The notes under the pieces: generated by a model
What the model was told of the DNA's origin: nothing
Database searches by the model: none
Seen by the model: only the letters and a program-made list of their open reading frames with translations
Position numbers and translations under genes: made by a program
Part shown: one piece after another, positions 9,323 through 18,848 of the stretch
Layout: every line of letters begins with the position of its first letter
Numbering within the stretch: the stretch's first letter is position 1
Virus record (IMG/VR): IMGVR_UViG_3300046490_000164
Location: 70,170 to 134,169 of that record
DNA: 64,000 nt
Strand: one strand, 5' to 3'
Origin: a virus

Positions 9323-9826
9323 TTACCGATGGAGTAGCCCGTTGATCGGAACCGGCATCATGTCCGGCCGGATGATGCGAGGGCGGCCGCCGGAGACTTC
9401 ACGGATGCGGTCGCGCATCTCGAGGTAGCCGAGGTACATGTTGCAGAGGCGGATCTGGGCCACCGTGTCCACTCCTCCGAACCAGTAGCCAATCCTCCCA
9501 ACCACCTCGATCATCCCCGTCTCGACCACATCGAAGTCGACCACTGCGAACCGCACGCTGAAGTTCTCCCCTTCAGCGTTCTGGAAGCGGATCATGCGCT
9601 TGGGGTTCGTGATGCAGACACGGCCTCCGACCAGGGCATTGGCCCCAGGTGCCTCCCCGATGATGGTGTCCTCATCCCCAATGTTGATGGAGACGAGTCG
9701 TTCTGGGCTCACTCCCTTCTCCCGCAGCTTCGCGTGGACTTGCGCCAGCACCTCGAGGTTACTGTTCGTCGTCGAGTCCGTCGTCAGCTGGGGCGCTTCC
9801 CCAGAGCTCTGCGGCTGTTCGCTCAT
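9323..9826 (-). CDS. Hypothetical protein
   Basis: Start set to ATG 9826 (MSEQPQ) with a GAGGTGG RBS. Overlaps the 3' end of the helicase gene by 68 nt. Confidence 0.45.
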   Translation of the reverse strand: MSEQPQSSGEAPQLTTDSTTNSNLEVLAQVHAKLREKGVSPERLVSINIGDEDTIIGEAPGANALVGGRVCITNPKRMIRFQNAEGENFSVRFAVVDFDVVETGMIEVVGRIGYWFGGVDTVAQIRLCNMYLGYLEMRDRIREVSGGRPRIIRPDMMPVPINGLLHR

Positions 9827-11234
9827 AGATCTCATCCACCTCTGCTGGGAGTTCCAGCAGTACGTTGTTGGGTTTGACTACAGTGAATGCGTACTTCGAC
9901 TTCCTCAGCTCGGTACGCATGGCGCGGCAGATGTTCTTGATGGGCGGTGCCAGCCAGTCCTCGAATACTACGAAGACCGGGTCGTGCTTGCCAGATGCCT
10001 CCCGCTGGATGCGCCCCATGCTCTGCTGCACTCCGTTCTTGGCCTTGAACGGGGTGAGTGCCATGAGAGTATCGAGTGCCTGGTCATCGACTCCCTGCGA
10101 CCCGAGACGTGCGATGGCGAAGCACACTCGGCTGTTACGAAGAACGTCCATGCGGTTCTTGGTCTCTTGGACGATGAGACCTGACCCGGGGAAGAGCTTG
10201 TGGAAGAGCTTGAGCTGGTTCTTCGAGTGGGAGAGGCAGAGGATCTTCCTGCCCTGCTCGAGCGCCGTCTTGATGTGCTGGTAGCGGAAGACGTTCCCGA
10301 TCTTGCTCTTCCCGATGAGGCCGCGCAGGAGCGAGATGTTGGAGGCTCCGTTCACCACAGCCTTCGCGTAGTCGATGACCGCCGGCGTCTGCTGGAAGTA
10401 GATGTTCGGGATGAGCTGCTGCGTGAGGTCGGAGTAGAAGGGCTCCCCGATGTGGAACTTGTAGATGGGGTCGAGCCCGTCTTCCCGCTCGTGCGTGGCT
10501 GTGAGCCCGATGCGATCTCCATAGAACGGCCCGGCGGTGAGGCTGAGCTTCGGGGCACCTACGATGTGCACCTCGTCCCAGATGACTTGTCCGAAGTAAC
10601 GAAAAAGCTCTTCGGGTGCTGTACCGTCTTCGATCCTCTTCCAGAGCGTCGTGATGAGCGCGATGGTGAGAGGCCTGGCCCAGTTGAAGACAGGCCCCCT
10701 GATCATCCCGAGCTCACCCTCGAAGGAGATGGCCTTCTTGCGGCCAGTCGCTGGGTCTCCTTGGACGCCCTGCACCCACTGCTCCATGATGCCGGAGTCC
10801 GGCACGACGACCAGGGCAGGGACTCCTCGCTGCGCGATCTTCTTGAAGGCAAGGATGGTCTTCCCCTTGCCGCATCCTAGGTTGAGGATGCCGTTGTCGT
10901 TCTTCGCCAGCGCCTCCCAGGCCCGCTGCTGCTCCTCATCTCGCGGGACGACATGGTCCTCGAAGTCCACATGCTGGAAGGAGGGGCGCAGGTCGACGAA
11001 GGGGAAGTCGTACTTCTCGTACTCACTGGCCGGCAGGAACTCCCGCGGGCAGATGATGTGCTTCGAGGACTCCTCCCACATACGCAGGAGGACCTGTGCC
11101 TTCTGTGTCTCGCTGTAGACCGTGAACTCCAGCGCCTTCTTGACCGGTCCAGCGCGGACGCGACTCTTCGGAAGCCAGAGCCTGTTCGAGATGTAAGCCT
11201 TGTCGGCGTGCTTCGGCGTGAAGTTCAAGAGCAT
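9759..11234 (-). CDS. Superfamily 2 DEAH-box helicase
   Basis: 491 aa. Motif I LGCGKGKT, motif II IWDEVHI, motif III LTAT, motif VI QQSMGRIQR. Confidence 0.75.
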   Translation of the reverse strand: MLLNFTPKHADKAYISNRLWLPKSRVRAGPVKKALEFTVYSETQKAQVLLRMWEESSKHIICPREFLPASEYEKYDFPFVDLRPSFQHVDFEDHVVPRDEEQQRAWEALAKNDNGILNLGCGKGKTILAFKKIAQRGVPALVVVPDSGIMEQWVQGVQGDPATGRKKAISFEGELGMIRGPVFNWARPLTIALITTLWKRIEDGTAPEELFRYFGQVIWDEVHIVGAPKLSLTAGPFYGDRIGLTATHEREDGLDPIYKFHIGEPFYSDLTQQLIPNIYFQQTPAVIDYAKAVVNGASNISLLRGLIGKSKIGNVFRYQHIKTALEQGRKILCLSHSKNQLKLFHKLFPGSGLIVQETKNRMDVLRNSRVCFAIARLGSQGVDDQALDTLMALTPFKAKNGVQQSMGRIQREASGKHDPVFVVFEDWLAPPIKNICRAMRTELRKSKYAFTVVKPNNVLLELPAEVDEIYERTAAELWGSAPADDGLDDEQ

Positions 11235-11315
11235 GTCGGAGCCTTCGTGGGGTGACGATGTCTGTCTAGGCGAGCGCCCAGCCTAGACAGACATCGTCTG
11301 TACTACAAGCCCTCT

Positions 11316-11918
11316 CTACGGGAGGAGGTTGAAGTCCTGCGGTTCCTGTGGAGGCTTCGGTTCGGGCGGAAGGACCAGCTGTCGGATGGCGAGGAATCCG
11401 TGCATAAAGAACGCCTCGGCTGCCGACAGGAACATGTTCTTCGCCACCCGCTCCACGAAGGTCTCCCCCATGAGCTGGGGCCTAATGGGAGGCGGGCAGG
11501 CGGACATGGCCTGGTGAAGCGGATCGTGAAGCCACCCGTAGTCGTACTGTGCCGGCACCGGGTAGAGCGGCGAAGCCTGGCGAGGAGCGGCCAACGCCTG
11601 GGTCGGCACCTGGGTCGGCACCTGCGCCGGCTGGACGACCGGCATGGGGGCCTGCTGCATCGGCTGACGGAACTGCTGCGGAGCGGGCGCGTAGGCTGGG
11701 GCCGGCGCGTAGGTCATCGGCTGCTGCGGGATGTAGTTGGGCGGGGCATAGGCCGGGGCGGCCTGGTTCCTGGCGCGGTAGACCGTGTCGCGGCAGGAAT
11801 TCTGGAACGTGCAACCCCGGCATTCCCTCAAGTCCGGGTTGAACTCGTTGGGGTTGCCCCAGCATCTGGGGCGGCCCGCATCGGTTCCTTGTGGAGCATA
11901 ACCGTAAGCCAAGATCAC
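11316..11918 (-). CDS. Pro/Ala/Gln-rich hypothetical protein
   Basis: 200 aa. Low-complexity PAPAYAP repeats in the middle and an ordered C-terminal segment. It is the first gene of the minus-strand block, starting at the divergent region 11919-12065. Confidence 0.4.
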   Translation of the reverse strand: MILAYGYAPQGTDAGRPRCWGNPNEFNPDLRECRGCTFQNSCRDTVYRARNQAAPAYAPPNYIPQQPMTYAPAPAYAPAPQQFRQPMQQAPMPVVQPAQVPTQVPTQALAAPRQASPLYPVPAQYDYGWLHDPLHQAMSACPPPIRPQLMGETFVERVAKNMFLSAAEAFFMHGFLAIRQLVLPPEPKPPQEPQDFNLLP

Positions 11919-11953
11919 CTCCTGTTTCGTGGGTAATACTGGACGTCAGGTGC

Positions 11954-11961
11954 CTTATGCC
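11954..11961 (+). promoter_or_regulatory. Conserved CTTATGCC motif, copy 1 (divergent region 11919-12065, 105 nt upstream of the first plus-strand gene)
   Basis: Exact 8-mer shared with three other intergenic sites. Followed by the hairpin-like CCGCG AAAC CGCGG and a TCTTTCT tract. Confidence 0.35.
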
Positions 11962-12065
11962 GCGAAACCGCGGGCTCTTTCTGGCAACATCGCTGTTGGC
12001 ACTCCAGGGGGTGAGCGCCTAAACTCGTGCGACGACAGGTGTCGTATCCCTTCCAAGGAGAAGCA

Positions 12066-13260
12066 GATGAAGACAGCCGGCGTGGTGTTCGACTTTTACG
12101 ACGACATCGGGGGCTCTGTCCTCAAGGAAGTCTACCCGACTCCCGACTCGCTCCCGGCGTCCGTGAAGGAGGCCCACATCCTCCGGCCGGAGGAGCGCGA
12201 AGTCCTTCGTGACGACGCCTACGCTCTCGTGATGCAGAACGAGGGGAAGGTCCTCCGCAAGTTCGCCTGCGTGGATCGGGGCAACACCCTGCTCTCGATG
12301 GTCTACATCGGGAAGACGGCCGGGCTGCTTCCAGAAGAAGTGCGCAACGCGGCCTACGAGAACATCGTGAACCGGGCCGTCGAGTTCGGAATCCTCAAGC
12401 CGGAGGCCATCGAGGGCTTCAAGAAGATCTCCGCGGCCAAGGGGATGCAGAGGACTCGTGACTCGATGCGTCAGCCCATCGTAGGCGAGGACGCCGACTG
12501 GGCCGCCCGCACCAACCTCGTCTCGCAGCGCGGCGGAGCTGACTCAGGACGGGTCATCCCCACGGCCAACCAGATGAAGACCGCCGCCCCCATCGACGTG
12601 ACGGACCTCGAGCCCGAGATGGTCATCGAGACGAAGCAGGCCTCGGTGACGGCGCTTGGCAAGTACCCCCTCGACAGCTACGCGGACATCCGGGCAGCGG
12701 CGGACTACTTCGACCGGACCTGGACGGAGATGGACCCGGCTGACCGGCACGAGTTCGCCGTCAAGACCGCCTCCCGCGCCGAGGAGATCGGCCTCACCAC
12801 GAGCGATCTGCTGAGCCGGTACGGCTCAACCGAGTACGCTCCCGACGTGGAGGCCCACCTCGCCTCTCGCAAGCTCAACTGCGATCCCGAGTTCCATCCC
12901 CTCTACGACGAGCTCAAGGCGAAGTACGCCAGCATCGCACCGGAGGAGTTCGTCGAGCACCTCGCGGCCGTGGACGAGCTCGCCGGCCTGGACTACAGCT
13001 GGGGCGGGCAGATCTCCGACCCCTGGTACTCCACCTTCGGCGGCGCGTCTGAGCAGGAGAAGGTGGCCTTCGTCTGGAGCGGGAACGGCGTCGAGGTCGA
13101 TGCCGAGGCGCTCACCAACCTGGCCGGCAACAAGGACCTCCTCCTCGGCGCCTTCGACAAGAACCTGGTCGACGGCTTCGTGCGGGACCCGGTGACGATC
13201 TTCTCGTCCCTGCCCGACGACGCCAAGACCATCCTCGCCAACCTCGCCAACGGGGGGTAG
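12066..13260 (+). CDS. Hypothetical protein; first gene of the plus-strand virion block
   Basis: ATG 12066 with an AAGGAG RBS at 12055-12060. 398 aa. The upstream part of the track ORF (from 11929) lacks an RBS. Confidence 0.5.
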
Positions 13261-13380
13261 ATGTCCTCTCTAGCCGAGTACGGTGCTCGTAACAGTAAGC
13301 ACCTGGATCGCTACATCTTCGGCGGTGCAGCTCTTGCTGGGGCTGGGAAGCTTCACAGTCATATGAAGAAGAAGGCGACC

Positions 13381-13851
13381 ATGACGAAGATGGCGGCCTT
13401 CGCGGACGAGCTCGAGAAGATCGCCTGGGACGGGAAGAAGTTCCGCGAGGGTCTGATCGACGAGGGCATTCCCCTGGCCGGGGCCACCATAGGATCTCGC
13501 TACGGCCTGCGAGGTGCTGCGTTGGGGTACGCCGCTGGTGGTGGCGTTTCTCTGGCTCGGTCCTACCTCAAGGGCGAGAAGCCGTCACACCAGCGCAAGC
13601 TGTTGGCGGCGGGAGCGTTGGGGTACGGTGCAGGGGGCCTGGCCCATCACGCACTGGAGAAGGCCACGGCGGGTACGGGGAAGGGTATCCTCAAGCGCAT
13701 CAGGCCCGTGTTCCACCCCCCGTCTGGAGACATCGCCAAGATCAGGACCAAGAACATGGTAGAGGAAGCCCTACCGGCAGCCGGCGCAACCCTGGCCACC
13801 GGCATCGCCAGCGGCACCACGGGACCCAAGAAGAAGCCCAACGAGGCCTGA
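13381..13851 (+). CDS. Small Gly/Ala-rich protein with the N-terminal AFADELEKIA motif (paralog family member 1)
   Basis: ATG 13381 (MTKMAAFADELEKIAWDG) with an AAGAAGG RBS. Alternative upstream start 13261. Gly/Ala-rich segments GAALGYAAGGG and GALGYGAGGLA suggest membrane or glycine-zipper character. Confidence 0.45.
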   Translation: MTKMAAFADELEKIAWDGKKFREGLIDEGIPLAGATIGSRYGLRGAALGYAAGGGVSLARSYLKGEKPSHQRKLLAAGALGYGAGGLAHHALEKATAGTGKGILKRIRPVFHPPSGDIAKIRTKNMVEEALPAAGATLATGIASGTTGPKKKPNEA

Positions 13852-14756
13852 TGAGCACTGCCGAGGACGATCTGTTCGAGAGGCTCCAGAGCCCACCTCC
13901 GTCCCCAGCCGTTCCCGTAGGGGACCCGGACTCCTCGACGCCTGTCACCGTTCGGAATCTCTTCACGCACCACGACGCGCACCCACTCGTCATCGACTTC
14001 GCGCTGCTGAAGACCTTCAACCTGGAGTGGCTCGGGTGGGAGGAGGAGACGATCTGGGCGGAGATCCAGCGCCTCTTCAAGACGCAGATCTCCGAGCACG
14101 CCCGGGCCAAGGTCCGTACGGTCAAGACCTGCCACGTCGCCAACGGCCCGTGGGAGCAGTGGCAGGTGTTCGAGAAGGTCGTGCAGGGGTTGAACAACAA
14201 CGTCCCCCGCTGGGGCATCATGCAGGCCCCGACGCTCGAGCAGCTCTACGCCGCCATCGACATCCTCGCCGGCCTGCGCAAGCAGGACTTCTCGGACGAG
14301 GTGAAGAGGTACATGGCCGCGGCGGTGCTGCATGAGGATGTGGTCTTCGTCCCACCGCCCCTCGACTTCATCCAGGTGGAGGTCAGCCATCCCCACTACG
14401 TCTGCCAGGACTGCGGCAACGAGGACTCGGCCCTCTTCCACGACGGCACCTGCGACACCTGCACCAAGAAGTACGACCTCTCGAATGGCCTCGGCTTCCA
14501 TCCTGACCCGGACGTCCTGGCCAGCGGGCGCGGCAGAAACCTGAAGCTCGTCCTGCGCTACGACCCGGACCCGGTTCAGAAGCTCTGGGACACGGTGAAG
14601 GGCAAGAGGACGGAAGAGGTGGCTGACTCACTCGAGGAGACGCCAGAGGGTGTGCAGGTGGCGAAGCTCCTCATGGCCCGTGACTACCTCGACCTGCGTC
14701 GCAAGCAGCTCGCGGATCAGCTCATCTCCCTGAAGACCTGGCTGGGGGCTGTGTGA
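13851..14756 (+). CDS. Hypothetical protein
   Basis: 301 aa. TGATG overlap with the upstream gene. Contains a CxxC...CxxC pair (CQDCGN...CDTC). Confidence 0.5.
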   Translation: MSTAEDDLFERLQSPPPSPAVPVGDPDSSTPVTVRNLFTHHDAHPLVIDFALLKTFNLEWLGWEEETIWAEIQRLFKTQISEHARAKVRTVKTCHVANGPWEQWQVFEKVVQGLNNNVPRWGIMQAPTLEQLYAAIDILAGLRKQDFSDEVKRYMAAAVLHEDVVFVPPPLDFIQVEVSHPHYVCQDCGNEDSALFHDGTCDTCTKKYDLSNGLGFHPDPDVLASGRGRNLKLVLRYDPDPVQKLWDTVKGKRTEEVADSLEETPEGVQVAKLLMARDYLDLRRKQLADQLISLKTWLGAV

Positions 14757-15265
14757 ACAAGATCGCCATCACTGCCTTCTCGGACGAGCTGGAGAAGATC
14801 TCCAGTATGCAGCTGAACATCGGCACACGCATCGTCTCCCGTGCCGGTGCCGCCGCCAAGGGCGCAGGCAATGTGTTGCACGAGACAGGGCAGGCCGTAC
14901 TGGACCACCTCAACCCGGTACAGAAGATGAGGGAGAGCTGGAACGCCTCGAAGTGGTGGGGGATGAAGGGCCTCACGGTAGGTGGCGCAGCCCTGGCCGC
15001 CCCAGAAGTCCTGCCGAAGGAAGACCCTCTCCACATGAACCGCGGGCGCGCCGAGAGGCTCATCGGCAACGTGGCCGGTACCGCCTCTGGCCTCATCACC
15101 ATGCAGCGGGGCTTCGTGCCGGCCCTGGCTACTGGCCTGGCTGCCCAGTATGCCGGCGGCCGCGTCGGTCGCATGATCGACAAGGCGAAGGGCCGTAAGG
15201 CCCCCGCCACACCTACTCCGCCAGCACAGGCCCCGGTGGCTGCACCACCTGCGAGGACTCCTTGA
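14753..15265 (+). CDS. Small Gly/Ala-rich protein with the N-terminal AFSDELEKIS motif (paralog family member 2)
   Basis: GTG start overlapping the upstream stop. Begins MNKIAITAFSDELEKIS and continues with Gly/Ala-rich stretches. Confidence 0.5.
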   Translation: MNKIAITAFSDELEKISSMQLNIGTRIVSRAGAAAKGAGNVLHETGQAVLDHLNPVQKMRESWNASKWWGMKGLTVGGAALAAPEVLPKEDPLHMNRGRAERLIGNVAGTASGLITMQRGFVPALATGLAAQYAGGRVGRMIDKAKGRKAPATPTPPAQAPVAAPPARTP

Positions 15266-17307
15266 GCTTCGACAACACGACCAGCGGCATGTATGGGGTG
15301 TCCAGGTTCTCTGGGCAGCGGGGGCGTACCGCAGACGGTATGGGCCGTTCGGGAGTGCGCTACCCCTCCCCCTTCTTCGACATCGGGCAGACCTACCTGC
15401 CGCCGACGCAGAAGCACTTGCTGCGGTGGTGCCGGTACTACTACCTCGTCAACCCGCTCATCAACTCGGTCATTCACAAGATGGCGGAGTACCCCATCAC
15501 CGAGATCGTCATCGACGAGCGCGACAAGCGGGTGAAGGACAGGTGGGAGTCCTTCCTCACCAGCACCATCCGCTACCGCCCCTTCCAGATCGAAGTGGGT
15601 CTCGACTACTTCACCTACGGGATGTGCGTCGTCACCATCCACTTCCCGTTCACGAAGTGGCTCATCTGCCGACGCTGCGGCCACAAGGACAAGGCCAAGA
15701 ACACGACATACCGTTGGCGCAACCTGGACTACATGATCTCCTGCCCGAAGTGTGGGGAGGATGGTCCGGCCAAGGTCCAGGACTTCTACGAGAAGGACGT
15801 CCGGCGCATCCGCCTCATGCGGTGGAATCCCGAGTACGTCAACGTCGACCCTGGCTTCGCGGGTACCGACCCCGTCTACACCTTCGAGATCCCTCTCCAG
15901 CTCCGCAACGACCTGCTGCTGGGCAAGAAGACCACGCTCGACACGGTGCCGGACGTCTTCATCGAGGCGATGCGGCGCAACAAGTTCATCCGCTTCAACG
16001 ACGAGAACGTCTTCGTCTTCAAGCGCCCCATCATCTCGATGAAGGACGAGGGATGGGGGATGCCCCTCATCATGCCGGTGCTGAAGGACACCTTCTACCT
16101 TCAGATCCTGCGCAAGGCCCAGGAAGCCATCGCTCACGAGCACATCGTGCCGCTGCGCGTCCTCTTCCCGCAGGCCGGCTCCAACACCTCCGACCCGTAC
16201 ACCACGGTCAACCTCGACTCCTGGAAGTCCAGGATCGAGGGTGAGATCGCCAAGTGGAAGTACGACAACAACTACATCCCCATCCTCCCGCTGCCGATCG
16301 GCAACGAGACCATCGGTGGTGATGGCCGGGCCCTCATGCTCCACCAGGAGATGCAGGCCTGGTCCGAGCAGATCGTGGCCGGCATGGGTGTGCCACGGGA
16401 GTTCGTCTTCGGCGGCCTCACCTACTCCGGCTCGAACGTCTCGATGCGAATGCTGGAGAACAGCTTCATCGGCTACCGCGTCGACCACGAGAACATGCTG
16501 AACCATTTCGTCATCAAGCGCGTGGCCCACTTCATGGGCTGGCCGGTCGTCTCGGCTCACATGCGTCGCTTCAAGATGGCGGACGACCTCCAGCGCACGG
16601 CCTTCTACTTCCAGCTCAATCAGGCCCAGAAGATGTCCGACCAGACCCTCCAGCAGGAGGCCGACCTGGATCCGGTTGTCGAGCGCGAGCTCATCGACAC
16701 GGAGATGTCGACTCTGCTCGACCGCCAGCGGAAGATGCAGACCGCGCAGGCCGAGGTGCAGGGCGAGGTCATGGTCATCCAGGCCAAGCACCAGGCCGAG
16801 GCAGCCAAGCACATGCCCCAGCCGGTCGACCCTGCCACGGGCCAGCCCATGGGCGCGCAGCCAGGGGCCGAGGGTGGGATGCCCGGACAGCCGGGTGCGG
16901 AAGGCCAGGCGGGGGCAGAGGGAGAGATGGTGCCTGGGCAGCAGGTCGCCCCAGGGATGCCAGAGAACTCCACCGTGTCCCTCGAGAATGCCCAGCAGGC
17001 GCCTACCGAGGGCATCCCGCAGGAGATGCAGAGCCCGCTCACCATGGGTCTCCAGGGTGGTGGGGCGAACCTCCTCTACATGGCCAAGCGTGCGGCAACG
17101 GCCATCCAGGAGGCTGAGCAGCAGGGCGGCCCGCAGATGAAGTACACCATGCTCAACACGATGCGGATGTCGAACCCGCAGCTCTACATGCTCGTGCTGC
17201 GCATGCTCCAGAGCCAGCAGGGCTCCCAGGCCAACCCGCTCGACGCCATGCAGTCTCCGCTCCCGCAGCAGAAGCCGGAGCGTAAGGCGCAACCAGTCGG
17301 AGTCTAG
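15262..17307 (+). CDS. Large virion protein, putative portal (T7-like composition), with an internal zinc ribbon
   Basis: 681 aa. The C-terminal Gln/Met/Ala/Gly-rich tail resembles the T7 gp8 portal C-terminus. Internal CRRCGH...CPKCGEDG zinc ribbon. Position is at the head of the virion block. Portal assignment is tentative. Confidence 0.4.
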   Translation: MSFDNTTSGMYGVSRFSGQRGRTADGMGRSGVRYPSPFFDIGQTYLPPTQKHLLRWCRYYYLVNPLINSVIHKMAEYPITEIVIDERDKRVKDRWESFLTSTIRYRPFQIEVGLDYFTYGMCVVTIHFPFTKWLICRRCGHKDKAKNTTYRWRNLDYMISCPKCGEDGPAKVQDFYEKDVRRIRLMRWNPEYVNVDPGFAGTDPVYTFEIPLQLRNDLLLGKKTTLDTVPDVFIEAMRRNKFIRFNDENVFVFKRPIISMKDEGWGMPLIMPVLKDTFYLQILRKAQEAIAHEHIVPLRVLFPQAGSNTSDPYTTVNLDSWKSRIEGEIAKWKYDNNYIPILPLPIGNETIGGDGRALMLHQEMQAWSEQIVAGMGVPREFVFGGLTYSGSNVSMRMLENSFIGYRVDHENMLNHFVIKRVAHFMGWPVVSAHMRRFKMADDLQRTAFYFQLNQAQKMSDQTLQQEADLDPVVERELIDTEMSTLLDRQRKMQTAQAEVQGEVMVIQAKHQAEAAKHMPQPVDPATGQPMGAQPGAEGGMPGQPGAEGQAGAEGEMVPGQQVAPGMPENSTVSLENAQQAPTEGIPQEMQSPLTMGLQGGGANLLYMAKRAATAIQEAEQQGGPQMKYTMLNTMRMSNPQLYMLVLRMLQSQQGSQANPLDAMQSPLPQQKPERKAQPVGV

Positions 17308-17321
17308 GCTGAGGGGTAAAA

Positions 17322-17345
17322 GAGGGCCCGCTCGGGCCCTCTCCT
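17322..17345. terminator. Bidirectional intrinsic terminator (10-bp perfect stem AGAGGGCCCG/CGGGCCCTCT)
   Basis: Read directly from the sequence. Lies between the convergent genes 15262-17307 (+) and 17344-17553 (-). Confidence 0.6.
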
Positions 17346-17553
17346 ACTCCGGGAACCGACACAGGATAGGCCCGAGCTCGTCCGCGATCTCTGCGTACAA
17401 GTCTCGGGCCTTCCTGAGCCGTTCGATCAAGTCGGGTGGTGCGTCCTGAATCGCCATGACCCGCATGTATTCGTTCAGGGTCTTGGCTGAGTTCTTGGCG
17501 AGGTCGTACTGCTCTTCGATGTCCTCACGCCACACCTGGTCCGTCGGGTTCAT
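17344..17553 (-). CDS. Hypothetical small protein
   Basis: 69-aa ORF; its stop abuts the hairpin. Confidence 0.4.
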   Translation of the reverse strand: MNPTDQVWREDIEEQYDLAKNSAKTLNEYMRVMAIQDAPPDLIERLRKARDLYAEIADELGPILCRFPE

Positions 17554-17972
17554 CAGGTTCTCTCGTCTTCGATCCGCTCACGGAGCCGCTGGTCCGTGCT
17601 GTACTCTTCCATCATCTCCATGACGCGCTCCTCGGCCACAGAGTGGATGACCTCTTCGATGTCGTCCGCCAACCACTCCTCGCTCAACCAGTAGAGGAGG
17701 CACTCCTTGTGGAAGTGGAGAAGTCCTGGAGCTTCCCCAGTCTCTGCGTCTGCGGTCTGGAGCATCCCAGTCTTGGGGCTCACCCGCATGACACCTGGAG
17801 CGAACTCACAGGACTCCTCTTCGGCTGCGAACGCGCTGTTGCAGTGGTCGCACCGCCGCACCATGTCTTCTTCGTCCTGCGGCTGCGGTGGGGCTGGCGG
17901 TTGGTACGGAGCGGCATACTGCTGACCGACTACTTCCGTCACTGGAAGGAACGGTCGTTGGTACCCGCTCAT
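17553..17972 (-). CDS. Hypothetical protein with a Cys cluster (CDHCNSAFAAEEESCEF)
   Basis: 139-aa ORF with a 1-nt overlap to the downstream gene. Confidence 0.45.
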   Translation of the reverse strand: MSGYQRPFLPVTEVVGQQYAAPYQPPAPPQPQDEEDMVRRCDHCNSAFAAEEESCEFAPGVMRVSPKTGMLQTADAETGEAPGLLHFHKECLLYWLSEEWLADDIEEVIHSVAEERVMEMMEEYSTDQRLRERIEDERT

Positions 17973-17978
17973 CGGGGC

Positions 17979-18428
17979 TCACCCATCCTCTGCCCCGTCC
18001 GAGGAGACGACTTTCAAGTTGGCTCTCCGCAGTATGAGGGAAAGGAACGACGACCCCTTACCGCAGCTCGTACATCCCTCGAGCGATGGACGGTCGGGAT
18101 CGAAGTCGGGATCATCTTCGGTGAGGTCGTGCGGGCGGCCGGAGTGGTAGAAACCCGGCAACACCCGCGACACATCCTTGTTCTCTCGTTCGTATCGGTA
18201 GGAAGCGTCCAGGCATTCCCAGCACTCCCACCCGACACTCCAGCCCTTTGCGGCCTCGGCCTCGACCCACTGGATCAAGAACCTGCATCGCCCGCAGTCG
18301 AAGGCGATGCCACAGAGTCCGCGCCGGCCGGAAGAGAACACTGGCCGACCTCTCTCGTCGAACGTACCGCCGTTGGAGGCGAAGAGAAGAGGGCAGAACG
18401 CAACTCGTGAGGGCTGGTCGTGGCTCAT
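17979..18428 (-). CDS. Hypothetical Cys-rich protein
   Basis: Start trimmed to ATG 18428-18426 (MSHDQPSRVAF...). Contains CGIAFDCGRC and CWEC. Confidence 0.3.
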   Translation of the reverse strand: MSHDQPSRVAFCPLLFASNGGTFDERGRPVFSSGRRGLCGIAFDCGRCRFLIQWVEAEAAKGWSVGWECWECLDASYRYERENKDVSRVLPGFYHSGRPHDLTEDDPDFDPDRPSLEGCTSCGKGSSFLSLILRRANLKVVSSDGAEDG

Positions 18429-18519
18429 GGCTAGTTGAACAGCACGGAGTACCACATCGCCGACAGCTTGGAAGCGATGTACTGCACGATGCGCGCTGCG
18501 AACGCCCACAGGAACAGTT

Positions 18520-18708
18520 TCACGGCTTGGAGTCCTCGTTGGCTGGCTGCTGCGTGTCTTCCACCGGCTCAGACGGAGACGGCTCCTGGCTCGGAACACC
18601 CATGTTGCCGAGCAAAGCCTCTTTCCGCTCCTGCTCCCACATCTCGGACTGCGACTGCTGCTGCTTCTGCACGTCCACCTCCTGAGGAATGAAGCGCATC
18701 TTCGACAT
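18520..18708 (-). CDS. Hypothetical small acidic protein
   Basis: Start trimmed to ATG 18708-18706 (MSKMRFIPQEVDVQ...). 62 aa. Confidence 0.3.
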   Translation of the reverse strand: MSKMRFIPQEVDVQKQQQSQSEMWEQERKEALLGNMGVPSQEPSPSEPVEDTQQPANEDSKP

Positions 18709-18711
18709 TCT

Positions 18712-18719
18712 CTTATGCC
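18712..18719 (+). promoter_or_regulatory. Conserved CTTATGCC motif, copy 2 (130 nt upstream of the RNAP gene)
   Basis: tctCTTATGCCtc sits in the loop of an ATTCT...AGAAT hairpin and is followed by TTTCTCTTT. Confidence 0.35.
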
Positions 18720-18848
18720 TCAGAATCGTTTCTCTTTGAGGGCAGTTAGCTGTAGTCTGAAAAGGCTGTCGGGGGCGAAGACCGCTAAGGCGCTGCGGTA
18801 GCCCCACCAGCACATAGTCGTTGAGCTCCTTGCGCTAGGTGAGCACGC

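Noticed and set aside
11919-12065. Possible sigma70-type -35/-10 elements in the divergent region and upstream of the terminase (TTGTTG...TAGCAC near 33810)
   Set aside because: The matches are weak and ambiguous in GC-rich DNA. The recurring CTTATGCC motif is a better-supported regulatory candidate, so generic sigma70 calls were not made.
14697-14703. Apparent 1-nt discrepancy when hand-translating across the line junction 14700/14701. The displayed text seems to read ...gcgtccgcaag..., which would put ORFs 13851-14756 and 14753-15265 in one frame and suggest a frameshift or fusion.
   Set aside because: The supplied ORF track, computed from the sequence, gives two separate in-frame ORFs with consistent lengths and verified start and end codons. 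The discrepancy is most likely my own transcription error at the line break. It is not reported as a programmed frameshift.
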